NCBI GenBank assembly: GCA_965248435.1
Contig: OZ252100.1
Location: 864,001-928,000 of the forward strand
Origin: Candidatus Latescibacterota bacterium
GTDB taxonomy: Bacteria > Latescibacterota > UBA2968 > GCA-2709665
Direction: 5' to 3'
Length of the DNA stretch: 64,000 nt
Shown: piece after piece, positions 7,107 through 19,500 of the stretch
Layout of the letters: the number at the start of each line of letters is the position of its first letter
How positions within the stretch are numbered: the first letter of the stretch is position 1
Position numbers and translations under genes: made by a program
Notes under the pieces: model-generated
The model's database searches: none
Seen by the model: only the letters and a program-made list of their open reading frames with translations
What the model was told of the DNA's origin: nothing

Positions 7107-10094
7107 ATGTCCACATTGCAGGCAGATAGAGATCTCGATCTGGAACAGAAGATCCGCGAACTCGGCGAGGCCCTTTGGGCCAAAGCGCAGGGCGAGGTCC
7201 CTTCCCTCTTCGACAAATCCTACTGGCAGGGACGGATGATGGAGTGGGCCATGCGGGACCCGGAGTTCAAGCTGGATCTCTTCCGTTTCGTCGACGTCCT
7301 GCCGGTCCTCCAAAACCGGGCTCAGGTGACGCAGCACGTCCGGGAGTACCTCCTCAAAGGGGACAGGCGGCTTCCGGGCGTGGTCAACCTCGCGCTGAAC
7401 GCCGCCTGGGGAAACCTGGCCTCCGGTCTCGCGAGTCGGACCATCAGGAATAACGTGGCCGACATGGCCAGGCGATTTATCGTCGGCCGAGACCCGAAGG
7501 AGGCGATTCATGCGCTGAAGGAAATGGACAGCAACGGCCTCGCGTTTACGGTGGACCTGCTGGGCGAGGCCACGGTGAGCGATGCGGAGGCCGATGTCTA
7601 TCGCACCCGCTATATCGACCTGATCGAGAGCGTCTCCGAATCGGTCTCCGAATGGCCCGAGAACGACATCGTCTGTCGAAATCACCTCGGTCCCATCCCT
7701 CGCGCGAACATCTCACTCAAGGTTTCCGCGCTCTCCGCCCATCTCGATCCAGTGGATCGACCGGGTGCGGTCCGTCACCTCGTCGACCAGGTGCTCCCCC
7801 TCCTGCTTCTCGCCAGGGAGCGGAATGTCTTCGTCAACCTGGACCTCGAGCAGTGGGAACTCCACGGCATCACTTACGACCTGTTCGAAGAGGTCGTCTC
7901 CCACCATGGACTCAGAGACTGGCCTCACCTCGGGGTCGTGGTCCAGGCCTACCTGAAAAGCGCGCCGCAGGACGTGGATCGGCTGCGCTCCATTGCCCGT
8001 TCTCGGGGGACCCCCCTCACGGTCAGGCTCGTCAAAGGGGCCTACTGGGATTTCGAAGTCGTTCGCGCGCGGCAGCACGGCTATCCCTGTCCTGTGTTCA
8101 CGGACAAGGCGACAACCGACGCCCAGTTCGAACAGCTTAGCGGTGTGCTCCTGGAAAACGTGTCGCACCTATTCCCTGCCTTCGGGAGCCACAACCTCCG
8201 CTCCCTGTCTCACGCCCTCACGCTGGCCAAAGCGCGGCGAGTTCCCGAGCGTGCCTTCGAAGTGCAGATGTTATACGGAATGGCCGAGCCCGAGCGCAAC
8301 GCGATCCGCGATCTCGGATATCGGGTCCGGATCTATTCGCCGATCGGGGAACTCCTGCCCGGAATCGCCTATCTGGTCCGGCGTCTCCTTGAAAACACCT
8401 CGAACGAGGGGTTCCTCCGGCTCAAGCACCACGAAGACAGGGAAATCCACGACCTCCTGGAGCCTCCGAAGCCTCGAACGGCCGATGTTGCTCCCTCAGA
8501 CAAGAAGCGGGGGGATCTCACCCCTCCCTTCGAGAATTGTCCCCTCGCCGACTTCGCCGACCCCGAGGTCTGCGACCGCTTCGCCCGGGAGATCAACGCC
8601 ATCCCCGCAAGCCTCCCCCTGGAGATCCCCACCGTCGTCGCGGGAGAGGCCGCTTTTTCCAAGGCGCGCATCGAGCAGGTCTGCCCGAGCGAGGCGGAGC
8701 GTTTAATCACGCGTGTGTCGCTAAGCACAAAGCAGGATGTCGTCCACGCGATCGAGGCCTCGGTGAATGCCTGGCCATCCTGGCGAGACCGGCCCATAGA
8801 ATCACGTGTGGAACTGCTCGATCGGCTGGGTGATCGCCTCGAGGCTGACCGATTCGAACTGGCCGCGCTCCAGACCTTCGAAGAGGGAAAGCCCTGGCGG
8901 GAGGCGGACGGAGACGTGGCAGAGGCCGTCGACTTCTGTCGCTACTATGCCCGGCAGGCCTTGATCGAGCTGACCCCACGGAGGCAGGGAGACATGTGGG
9001 GAGAGAGGAACCTTCTGAGCTACCAGGGCCGCGGGCCTACGGCTGTGATTGCGCCTTGGAACTTTCCGCTCGCCATCCTGTGCGGGATGACGACCGCGGC
9101 CCTCGTCGCCGGGAACCCCGTCCTGATGAAACCGGCCGGGCAGTCGAGCGGGGTCGCCTATGCGTTCTACACACGGATGATCGAAGTCGGCATCCCCGAC
9201 GGCATCGTGCATTTCCTTCCCGGTTCAGGAGGAGAAATCGGCGCCTACATGGTGGGGCATCCCGGGGTCGCGCAGATCGCTTTCACGGGGAGCAAGGAGG
9301 TCGGGCTCTCCATCATCGCGCGCGCCGGTCAGACACAGCCCGGGCAGCCTCAGGTCAAACGCGTCGTCTGTGAAATGGGCGGGAAGAACGCGATTATCGT
9401 AGACGACGACGCAGACCTGGACGAAGCGGTCGCCGGCGTGATGCAGAGCGCCTTCGGCTACGCCGGGCAGAAATGCTCGGCCTGCTCACGCGTGGTCGTC
9501 GTCGGAACCGCCTACGAACCTTTCGTCCGCAGGCTCGTGGAGGCCTGTAGAAGTCTCGTGATCGGGCCCGCACACGACCCATTGTGCGAGCTGGGTCCGG
9601 TGATCGGCGAAGACGCCTATTACCGTCTGAAGGAAGTCATTCTGAACGTGGGGAAATCGGCGCGGCTGCTCTACGTGGGTGAGGCCCCTTCGGGGGGGTA
9701 CTTCGTGGCTCCAGCGCTGTTCGAAGTGGAAGATCCCAAACACAGGCTGATGCAGGAAGAGCTGTTTGGCCCGATCCTCGCACTGATGAAGGTCAGCGAC
9801 TTCGAAGAGGCGCTCGATGCGGCGATGACGTCGGAGTTCGCGTTGACTGGAGGGGTCTACTCGAGATGCCCGAGCCACCTGGCGGCGGCCGAAAAACGAT
9901 TCCGGGTGGGCAACCTCTATCTCAACCGGGGATGTACAGGCGCCGTTGTCCACAGACAGCCGTTCGGGGGGTTCGGGATGAGCGGGGTCGGAACCAAGGC
10001 CGGGGGTCCGGGTTATCTGTTGAACTTCGCGGAGCCGCGCGCCGTTTCCGAGAACACAACGCGAAGAGGATTTACGCCTGATATGGAAGGATGA
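7107..10094 (+). CDS. putA: Bifunctional proline dehydrogenase / P5C dehydrogenase
   Basis: PRODH motifs VDLLGE, VRLVKGAYWD and YLVRRLLEN; ALDH motifs APWNFP, EMGGKN, GQKCSA and EELFGP. Confidence 0.96.
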   Translation: MSTLQADRDLDLEQKIRELGEALWAKAQGEVPSLFDKSYWQGRMMEWAMRDPEFKLDLFRFVDVLPVLQNRAQVTQHVREYLLKGDRRLPGVVNLALNAAWGNLASGLASRTIRNNVADMARRFIVGRDPKEAIHALKEMDSNGLAFTVDLLGEATVSDAEADVYRTRYIDLIESVSESVSEWPENDIVCRNHLGPIPRANISLKVSALSAHLDPVDRPGAVRHLVDQVLPLLLLARERNVFVNLDLEQWELHGITYDLFEEVVSHHGLRDWPHLGVVVQAYLKSAPQDVDRLRSIARSRGTPLTVRLVKGAYWDFEVVRARQHGYPCPVFTDKATTDAQFEQLSGVLLENVSHLFPAFGSHNLRSLSHALTLAKARRVPERAFEVQMLYGMAEPERNAIRDLGYRVRIYSPIGELLPGIAYLVRRLLENTSNEGFLRLKHHEDREIHDLLEPPKPRTADVAPSDKKRGDLTPPFENCPLADFADPEVCDRFAREINAIPASLPLEIPTVVAGEAAFSKARIEQVCPSEAERLITRVSLSTKQDVVHAIEASVNAWPSWRDRPIESRVELLDRLGDRLEADRFELAALQTFEEGKPWREADGDVAEAVDFCRYYARQALIELTPRRQGDMWGERNLLSYQGRGPTAVIAPWNFPLAILCGMTTAALVAGNPVLMKPAGQSSGVAYAFYTRMIEVGIPDGIVHFLPGSGGEIGAYMVGHPGVAQIAFTGSKEVGLSIIARAGQTQPGQPQVKRVVCEMGGKNAIIVDDDADLDEAVAGVMQSAFGYAGQKCSACSRVVVVGTAYEPFVRRLVEACRSLVIGPAHDPLCELGPVIGEDAYYRLKEVILNVGKSARLLYVGEAPSGGYFVAPALFEVEDPKHRLMQEELFGPILALMKVSDFEEALDAAMTSEFALTGGVYSRCPSHLAAAEKRFRVGNLYLNRGCTGAVVHRQPFGGFGMSGVGTKAGGPGYLLNFAEPRAVSENTTRRGFTPDMEG

Positions 10095-10119
10095 TACGGA
10101 AAGAACTCTGCTTCGCGGT

Positions 10120-10314
10120 CTACACTGACCCGTTTCCAATACGTTGTGCGTAGCTGGACAGCACGACGTGGCGAGGCCCAGACCACTGCGCACCCTCGCG
10201 CACGACCAGCAGGTGGTCTCCTTCGTGCCCCTTTCTCACCTCTTCAACTTCCCCCTCGACCCACGCCATTCCGGCCCCAAAGCCGACACTGTCTCCAGGT
10301 TCAAATCGCGCCAT
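10120..10314 (-). CDS. Small hypothetical protein (64 aa, possibly SH3/KOW-like)
   Basis: MARFEPGDSV...VEGEVEEV with GAGGA upstream. Confidence 0.4.
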   Translation of the reverse strand: MARFEPGDSVGFGAGMAWVEGEVEEVRKGHEGDHLLVVREGAQWSGPRHVVLSSYAQRIGNGSV

Positions 10315-10453
10315 TTCCGTGTCCTCGTTTCTCCGACGGGTATATCCAATGTTTTCGACTGAAAGCGCGATTTCCTTAACCGAGGAGTCTAATCTAATCG
10401 TTTGACCTATTATATAAGTAGTTGATTTTAATACGCTTGATTGTGAAACTAAC

Positions 10454-10486
10454 AAGGGGGATGTCCGGTGCTTGGACATCCCCCTT
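10454..10486 (-). terminator. Terminator hairpin after the surface-protein locus
   Basis: AAGGGGGATGTCC-N7-GGACATCCCCCTT. Confidence 0.7.
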
Positions 10487-10525
10487 TCCGATACTGTTTC
10501 GAAAACTTGGTATTTCAGACTAGAG

Positions 10526-13466
10526 TTACTTGGCGAACACCATCTTTCGCACCGAGACGTTTGCCCCCGCTTCCAGCTGATAGAGATACAGCCCGCTCGA
10601 CACCTCGCGCCCGAGATGATCCCGTCCGTCCCATACGGCGGTATACGCACCCTGGGACTGAGTCGTGTTGACCAATACCCGCACACGCTGACCCAGGGAA
10701 TTGTAGACCGTCAATCTGACGTCCGAAGCCTCGGCCAGGGTGTATCGAATCGTCGTTGATGGATTGAACGGATTTGGAGCGTTCTGGCGGAGCTCGAAAT
10801 TCAGTTTCCCAGAGGTCTCCTGTGCGAACCAGACCCCTGGAGAACCCTTGATCTCATCACCCGGAATCAGATTCTGTAGTCCCTCCCTTTGAGGTCCAGC
10901 CAGAACTGGCTTCGCCGCGGGCACTCCGGTAACCGAGTTGTAGAGCTGTCCATCATCGACACAGGTGCCGCCCTTCTTACCCTGGTCGTGCGGTACACAC
11001 ACCGTCACACTTCCCGGACACGTCGCGCCCTGGCCATCCGATTCAATGAAGGAGATCTCATAGACGCGCCCGTTCCCAGATCCGCCCCCCTTGCCTTTAC
11101 CCTTGCCCCCCTGTCGCTCGGCCCGCACTTGCACAGTTGATGTGCCCACAACTATACCGTCTGGTTCAAAATTACCGTCCCCTGTGTCGTTCACCGGCTC
11201 GTCCTGCGTGATGCCTGTAATGGTGATGGTCAATGGACCGGACACGCCTAGGATCTCGACGTCTACCATTTTGTGGTTGGGGGGCCAGATCAAGTCAATA
11301 CTGGCCACACGATTGACAAACTTCGCCACAAACCCATCCTCGCCACCACCCAAAGTGACATCGAAGGCGCTCACTGTCGGAAAGTCCGTCGAGCCCGTAT
11401 TGCCTGTCAAGTATACTCCAGAAGCGCTCACAGCGATGGCCCGGCTTCCGTCATCGCCGCTGCCGCCGAGGTAGGTGGAGTAGATAAGGGCAGAACCTGT
11501 CGGATTCAGCTTTGTCACAAACGCGTCCCTGACTCCACCAAATGCCTGTATGGAGCTCACCGTGGGGAAATCGGCCGAAAAAGTACCCCCGGCTACGTAT
11601 GCGTTGCTAAAAGCATCCACTGCGATGTCCTCTCCTATGTCACGGGCGCTGCCGCCCAGGTAGGTGGAGTAGACCATAGCGGAACCTGCTGCATTCAGCT
11701 TCGTCGCGAACGCGTCAAGGATTCCTCCTCCATGAGCGGTCTGGAAGGCACTCACCGTGGGGAAGTCGGTTGAACGGGTACGCCCGGACACGTAGGCGTT
11801 GCCGGAAGTGCCCACGACGATGCCCAGGCCGCGATCTCTGCCACTTCCGCCCAGGTAGGTTGAGTAGACAAGGGCGGAACCCGCGGCGTTCAGCTTTGTC
11901 ACAAAACCGTCTCCGCTACCACCATATGCCTGGATGGAGCCCACCGTCGGAAAGTCAGGCGAACCGGTTACGCCCGTCAAGTATGCGTTGCCGGAAGCAT
12001 CCACGACGATGTCAGTGATTCTTTCGAAGCCGCCCCCGCCCAGATAGGTGGAGTAAACAAGGGCGGAACCTGTCGCATTAAGCTTCGCCACATACGCGTC
12101 GGTGCCGCCACCCGAAGTCGCCTGGAAGGGGTTCATCAGGGGAAAGTCAGGCGAAATGGTTTGGTCCGTCACGTATGCGTTTCCAGTCTATGGCGATGTC
12201 CAGGCCTAGTTCGGCGCGGCTTCCACCCAGGTAGGTGGAGTAGACCAGGGCCGAACCTGTTGCGTTCAGCTTCGTCACGAACGCGTCCGATGATCCTCCT
12301 CCATACGCGGCCTGGAAGGGATTCAATGTTGGCAGGTCGGTCGAGTTTGTAAAGCCAGCCACGTAAGCGTTTCCGGAAGCGTCTACAGCGATGTCACCGC
12401 CTCCATCCGTGCCGCTGCCGCCCAGGTATGTGGAGTAGACAATCGCCGAACCTGTCGCATTCAGCTTCGTCACGAACGCATCTTCGGTGCCACCCAAAGT
12501 GACATCGAAAGCGCCCCCTGTCGGAAAGTCGACAGAAGAAGTACTCCCTGTCACGTATGCGCTGCCGGAAGCATCTACGGCGATGCCCCGGCTTCCGTCA
12601 TCGCCGCTACCGCCTAGATAGGTGGAGTAGCTCAATATCGGGTCGATGATGAGTGGCCTGTCGGCATCGTAGGCGGCTATCTGGAAGCCCACCTGGTCCT
12701 TGCCCTGGAGCACATAGCTGCCCGAGATTGCCCGTCTGACACCGTCGACCTCCTGATAGACGATCGGAGCCTTCTGGAGGACATCGCCTTCTGCCATGTG
12801 CAGCGTCAGATTGCCTACGTCATCGAAACTGAGGTCGTCCGCACCCTTAAAGCCCAACCGAATGGCCGCAGGGTCAGCGCCGGGTGAGACGACGAAGTCG
12901 TATTCCAGCTGGCGCTGGTTTCCGTAGAAGACAAGATCTACACCGGGGTAGACGTCGTCGTAGTGCACCCTGGCGTAATTGGGGACATCCGTATGCCAGT
13001 TCTCGAGATCGTTGCCGATAAAGTAATTGCTCTTGCCTGGAAGTTCATCCAGGCCCGCCACCCGAGGCTCAGGATTGGCACCAAGCAGGTGCATCCGCAA
13101 CACGGCATTCGCAGCAGCCTGCGTGTCCCCAGCGTCGGCCATCGCTGGCTGGATATTCATTTCTTCCGAGGTCTCACTTTCGGCAGACTTTAGAGACAGC
13201 ACCGCCTCGGTCGGGCTGAGAAACAGGGTGTAACCTTTACCACGAGACAGGAACTTCACCCGCGAATCCGTCTGGCCTTGATTGGCTTCAAAACTCAACG
13301 GCAATTTGCCGTAGGAATCCACAATCGGGGACTTAGCAGCCTCAGGAGTCTCATCCGAAGCCCGGCCAGATGGGTTCATGATAGTCTGCGAATGAATGAG
13401 GATGAAAAGCAATAGGATACCGACCCCCATCGCACCTGAAATCTGGAGAATCTTACGCGGTTTCAT
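10526..13466 (-). pseudogene. SBBP beta-propeller repeat surface protein with C-terminal FlgD-Ig sorting-type domain; frameshifted at about 12185
   Basis: LPLSFEANQGQ N-terminal domain, many YSTYLGGS/IAVDASGNAYV repeats, WPPNHKMV domain and QNAPNPFNP tail. One repeat reads GAC-T-GGA-AAC where sister repeats read GAC-GCT-TCC-GGA-AAC. Confidence 0.85.
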
Positions 13467-13572
13467 ACTCTCTTCCCTCCGTTAGGGTGATAAAGCGTGG
13501 AATTCTGAAATGGTTTGTCCGGTAACACAGGAAGTTTATTGTGTCCAAAGCTTGTTCATCACATATACAGAG

Positions 13573-16500
13573 CTACTTTAGCAGGATCATCTTCCCGGTC
13601 GCCACCTTCGCTTCGCTTCTCAACTGATAGATGAAGATCCCGCTGGAGACCTGTCGTCCCGCTTCGTCCGTGCCGTCCCACGGAAGGAAATACTCACCCG
13701 GGTTCTGGGTCTCATTGACAAGCACCCGAACCTCCTGACCCAGCAGATTGTAAATCGTCAGCCGGACGCTGGACGCTTCGGCAAGCGAATACCGGATTGC
13801 CGTGATCGGGTTGAAGGGATTCGGATAGTTCTGGCCAAGACCGAATTCATATGTCTCGGAATGTCCTGACGCGTACCCTGTAAGCGCGCGTTTTGCCGCG
13901 ACGGGCTTTGAGGCCGGTGGATTTTCTGCCTCGATCGACGCGACAATCGTCTGTGCCAGGGCAATCAACGCGTCCGCCTCCTCTACTGAAATCTTCTTTC
14001 CGCTCTGCGCGTTCACGGAATTGATGAACGCGTTCATCTGGTTTATCGCTGTCTCAGGTTTCCCCTTATCGAGCGACTTGAAAGCGCCGTCCAGTTTGCT
14101 GTTCAGGCTGTTCTTGGTCCCCTCGGGCGCACTCAATTCATCCACCTGCGTCATCAATTCCGTTCCGGCTGCAGCAGGGCTCAAAACCTCGACCGCCACG
14201 CTCTCACTTCCCGAATCGTCCTCGTCCGACACCGTGAGCGTGAGCGTGAAAGTACCGGGATCGGCATAGGTATGCACGGCCTGAGCAATGCCGGAGCCAC
14301 CGGCTTCGATGATTGTCCCCGCATCCGTGATGCCATCCCCGAAATTCCAGAGGCCCGTGTGCGTGTCCAACACACCCGGATCATCGAAAGTGCCGCTGAA
14401 GTCGAAGGGCACGCCGACCAGAATCAGGTCCAGGATCGGATCGATGCTCACTGCCGGGGGCGCGTTGTCCACCGTCACCTGCTTCGTCACCTGGTCTTCG
14501 CCGTCTTCGTTGTCTTTTACCGTCAAACTGACGACCGGCGTGCCGTTGTCTTCAAACGTGTGGGTGACGGTTGGCACCGTTGTGAGGACCGCGGCGGTCC
14601 CGTCTCCGAAGTCCCAAGTATAGAGAACGATCGTTCCATCGATGTCAGTTGTTCCGGACGCGACGAATGTGGCCGCCGCACCCTCCGAAATGGCGGCAGG
14701 AACCACGAGCACAGCAACCGGCAGGTCGTTAACGGACTCCACCGTAATTGTAAATACCTGGGGCGCCGACAGGTCTATTCCTCCGTTGGCCGACCCCCCG
14801 TCGTCTCGCAGCTCTACGTTGACTGTAGCGCTGCCGTTGGCATTATCCGCCGGCGTGTAGGTCAACGTTCCCGATGCATCGATATCAGGTCCGAGCGCAA
14901 ATAGAAGATTGTTATCGTGGGTGATTTCGAAGCTAAGCGTTTGACCCGACTCATCCGGCGGACCTGCAGAAAGATTCGCCGCGAACCCGGCGACACTCTG
15001 GGGCCCCGCATCTTCCAGGACAGTTTGATCTCCCCCAGCGGCGAAAGAGGGCGCGTCGTTCACCGGGTCTACGGTTATCGTGAAGGTCTGTGCAGGAGAT
15101 TGGTCCACGCCCCCGTCGGCTGTGCCGCCGTCGTCTCTAAGCTCGATGGTAACGGTCGCGCCGCCGTTGCCATCATCGGCAGGTGTATAAGTTAGGTCTC
15201 CGGTCGCCGGGTCGATCGCCGGCTGCACGATGAACAGGCTATTGTCGTCGTTCGTGACGTCGAACGTCAGTGTCTGCGCTGCCTCGTCCGGCGGACCGGC
15301 CGTGATGCTTGTAGCGAACCCGGCGACGGTCTGTGCTCCGGCATCCTCCAGCGCGGTCTGATCCCCTCCTGCCGCGAAGGACGGCGCATCGTTGACCGGT
15401 GTAACGGTGATCGTGAACGTCTGCTGCGGGGCGGTGTCCACCCCGCCATTAGCCGTCCCACCGTCATCGCTCAGCGCCACCGTGACCGTCGTGCTGCCGT
15501 TGGCATCAGGGGCGGCATCATAGGTCAAGTCACCCGTTGCCAGATCGATCGCGGGCTGGACCGCGAACAATGAATTGTCGTCGTTGGTTACCAGTAAAGT
15601 CAGTGTCTGCCCGGACTCGTTGGCCGGTCCAGCGCTCGTTGTCGCAAAGCTCGCAACACTCTGGGGACCGGCATCCTCCAGGACAGTCTGATCCCCCGCC
15701 AGTGTAAGCGTGGGCGCGTCGTTGACCGGTGTTATGGTGAGGTCAAACGTCACAGATGGTGAGGCATCCACACCGCCATTGGCTGTCCCGACGTCGTCGC
15801 GCAATACGACAGTGACCGTGGTGGTCCCGTAGGCATCATCGGCCGGCGTATACGTCAAGTCGCCAGTCGCCGCGTTGATGGCCGGCTGCGTCGCGAACAG
15901 GCTATTGTCGTCGTTTGTGACGTCGAACGTCAGTGTCTGTCCCGCTTCGTCCGATGGACCGGCCGAGATACTCGTGGCAAAGCCGGCAACGGACTGGGCC
16001 ACGGCATCTTCCAGCACGCTCTGATCGGGTCCCCCGGCAAAGGATGGCGCGTCGTTGACGGGCGTGAGCGTGATCGTGAACGTCTGCTGTGGTGCGGCAT
16101 CCACCCCGCCATTGGCCGTGCCGCCGTCATCGCTCAGCGCCACCGTGACCGTCGCGATGCCGTTGGCATCAGGGGCGGCATCATAGGTCAAGTCACCCGT
16201 TGCCAGATCGATCGCGGGCTGGACCGCGAACAGAGAATTGTCGTCGTTGGTCACCACCAGGGTCAGTGTCTGCCCGGACTCGTTGGTCGGTCCTGCGCTG
16301 GTTGTTGCAAAAACGGCGACGCTCTGAGGTCCGGCATCCTCCAGGACGGCCTGATCCCCCGCCAGTGCAAGCGTGGGCGCGTCGTTGACCGGCGTTATGG
16401 TGAGGTCAAACGTCACAGGCGGTGAGGCATCCACGCCCCCATTGGCTGTTCCTCCGTCGTCCCTCAGTACCACGGTGACGGTCGCCCCACCGTTCGCATC

Positions 16501-19500
16501 ATCGGCCGGCGTATAGGTCAACTCACCTGTCGCGGGATTGATGGCCGGCTGGACAGCGAACAGGGTATTGTCATCGTTCGTGACGTCGAACGTCAGTGTC
16601 TGTCCCGCTTCGTCCGATGGACCAGCTGTGATATTTGTGAAGAAGACCGCAACCGTCTGGGCCACGGCATCTTCCAGGACGGTCTGATCGCTGCCTCCCG
16701 CGAAGGATGGCGCGTCGTTCACCGATGTAACGGTGATCGTAAACGTCTGCTGTGGAGCGGCATCCACCCCGCCGTTGGCCGTGCCGCCGTCATCGCTCAG
16801 CGCCACCGTGACCGTCGCGATGCCGTTGCCATCGTCGGCTGGCGTATAAGTCAGGGCACCCGTAGTCAGATCGATCGCGGGCTGGACCGCGAACAGCGCG
16901 TTGTTGTCGTTTGTTACCAGCATCGTCAGCGTCTGCTCCGATTCGTTAGCTGGCCCCGCACTGGTTGTCGCAAAGCCAGCGACGCTCTGGGCTCCTGCGT
17001 CCTCAAACTCGGTCTGATCGCCAGCAAGTGTCAGCGTTGGTGCGTCGTTGACGGGCGTGAGGGTGATCGTAAACGTCACAGACGGAGACGTATCCACGCC
17101 ACCGTTCGCCGTTCCTCCGTTGTCTGTCAGAACCACGGTGACCGTTGCGCCACCGTTCGCATCGTCGGCCGGCGTATAGGTCAGGTCGCCGGACGCTGAG
17201 TCAATGGCCGGTTGGATAGCGAACAGGGTGTTGTCATCGTTCGTGACGTCGAACGTCAGTGTCTGCGTCACCTCATCGGCCGGACCGGCAGAAATACTCG
17301 TAGCAAAGCCGGCAGCGGTCTGGGCCCCGGCATCCTCCAGGACGGTCTGATCACTGGTTCCCGCGAAGGATGGCGCATCGTTGACGGGTGCGACTGTGAT
17401 CGTAAAGGTCTGGGACGGCGAGGTATCCACACCACCGTTGTCGGTCCCGCCATCGTCCCTCAGGACGACGGTGACGATCGCACTCCCGCTCGCATCGCCA
17501 GCCGGTGTATACGACAGATCTCCTGTAGCCGGGTCGATCGCCGGCTGGACAGCAAACAGCGAATTGTTGTCGTTCGTGACATCGAACGTCAGCGTCTGTC
17601 CTGCTTCATCCGGAGGCCCGGAAGAGATGTCCGTAGCGAACGCGCCAACCGTCTGGTCGCCGGCATCTTCAAGGACGTTCTGGTCGCCACCGAGAGTAAA
17701 GGACGGGGCATCGTTTACCGGAATCACCGTGATCGTGATCTCGTCGGGTACACTGTCTGAAGTTCCATCGTTGACGATCAGCTTGGCAACATAGACGCCG
17801 GCTACATCAGATGTGAAATTCGTCTTGTCGGCAGTCTGGACGACCGGGGACGCCGTGCTTCCTGGAGGACGCTGGGTGATCGTCCAGCTGAACGTCAGCG
17901 GATCGTTGTCCGGATCGAAGGAACCGCTGCCATCGAGCAGAATCGTCTGTCCGAGTGGGATCGTCGGATCGCTGCCTGCATCGCTGTCGGCAACCGCCAC
18001 AGGAACCGCGTTCGGGCACTTGCCAGCAACGCCCGCGTTGTAGATGTCGGATATCTGTGGGCTGGACAGCGCACCGCCGTAGTACGTTACCTCATCGATC
18101 TCTCCAAGGAAGTGACGCGCTGGCGTGCCGCCGCCCCAAAACGCGCCGATGTAAAGATCACCGCCGTTGGTCGCATGCTGCGTGGCCGCCGCGGGAATAG
18201 CACTTGGGACACCGTCCAGGTAGACCTCCACGCTGCTCCCCGTGAACACACCCACGACGTGGTGCCAACGGTTGTCCACAACGTTGATACTAAGATCTGT
18301 GGCGGGCGACAAAATGGAGGAACCATCACCAAAAGCGAACGACACCCGGGTGCCCGTCACTGTGAGCGCCCAACCTGTGGGGGCTGAGCCGAATCCGTGT
18401 GACTTATCGACAATGGTATATGCACTCGGGTTCGGGTCCGTCTTTGCGGCCTTGAACCACGCCTCGATGCTGAACGGTCCAGCTACGTTGAGATTCGGGC
18501 TGTCCGAAACCACTACACGGTCGTCCACGCCGTCAAAACGCATCGCACCACCCACGTGACCCGGAACGAACTCTACCCCGTTCTGCGGCGAACCGGTATT
18601 GCCACCTGCGAGATCCTGTGCAGCGCCACTGCCATCGTCCTCCCCCGTCCACCAGCTCACTACCGTTGGTTGGGGCAATACACACTCCGTGGCCGTGACG
18701 GTCACCTGGTCCGGATCGCTCGACGACGTCGCATCACTTACCACCAATTCAACCACATATTCACCGGGCAGGTCGGGAATGAACGTCGGGGCCTCCGCCG
18801 TGTCATTCAACAACGTCACGCTAGATGGCTGCGACACGATGTTCCACTGATATGCAAGTCCATCACCGTTGGGATCGACGGATCCACCACCGTCCAGCTG
18901 CACCTCATCTCCGACCACCACTTCGCGTGACGACGTGAACAGCTCCACATTGTCAAACGCCATCAGTGCATCGTTATCGAGGAGATAGAAACGACCGCTG
19001 TTGAACGTGGACGTTGTCAGTGTGGTAGCCGGCGTCGTGCTGCCATTCAGATACGCTGAATACGTATCGCCGTCGACAGTCACACGGATGTGGATGTTAT
19101 CTCCGGGCGTGAACAAGCCGGAAACCTCAGCCAACGCAGGACCAAAACTGTCGTTCTGTATGATGTGCCAAAAGAGACGACCAGAACCACTGGCATCGCG
19201 GGCACCAGCAAAGTCCACACCGGACACACCGATGTTCCCGGGTGCCTCGACACCGCGGAGCAGCAACCCCCCACCTCCGTTGAGCGGATTGAAGTCAAAC
19301 TCCACGGCAAAGTCATCAAGCTCAAAAGGTAGCGACGATCGGGCAACGGGTGCATTATCCGGAATCTCCGCCCGATATTTCCCGGACGTCAACACCGACC
19401 AAGTCCCGCTCTCATTACCGAAGGCACTGGAAGCAACGGTATCGAATTCATCGCCGAAAGCCAACACCCGGGCGTCTGCGGTTAGAATTGGTGCACACTT

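Noticed and set aside
10415-10432. TAAGTAGTTGATTTTAAT as an island boundary or att site
   Set aside because: No integrase, tRNA or partner repeat in the window; it may just be an AT-rich IHF-like site.
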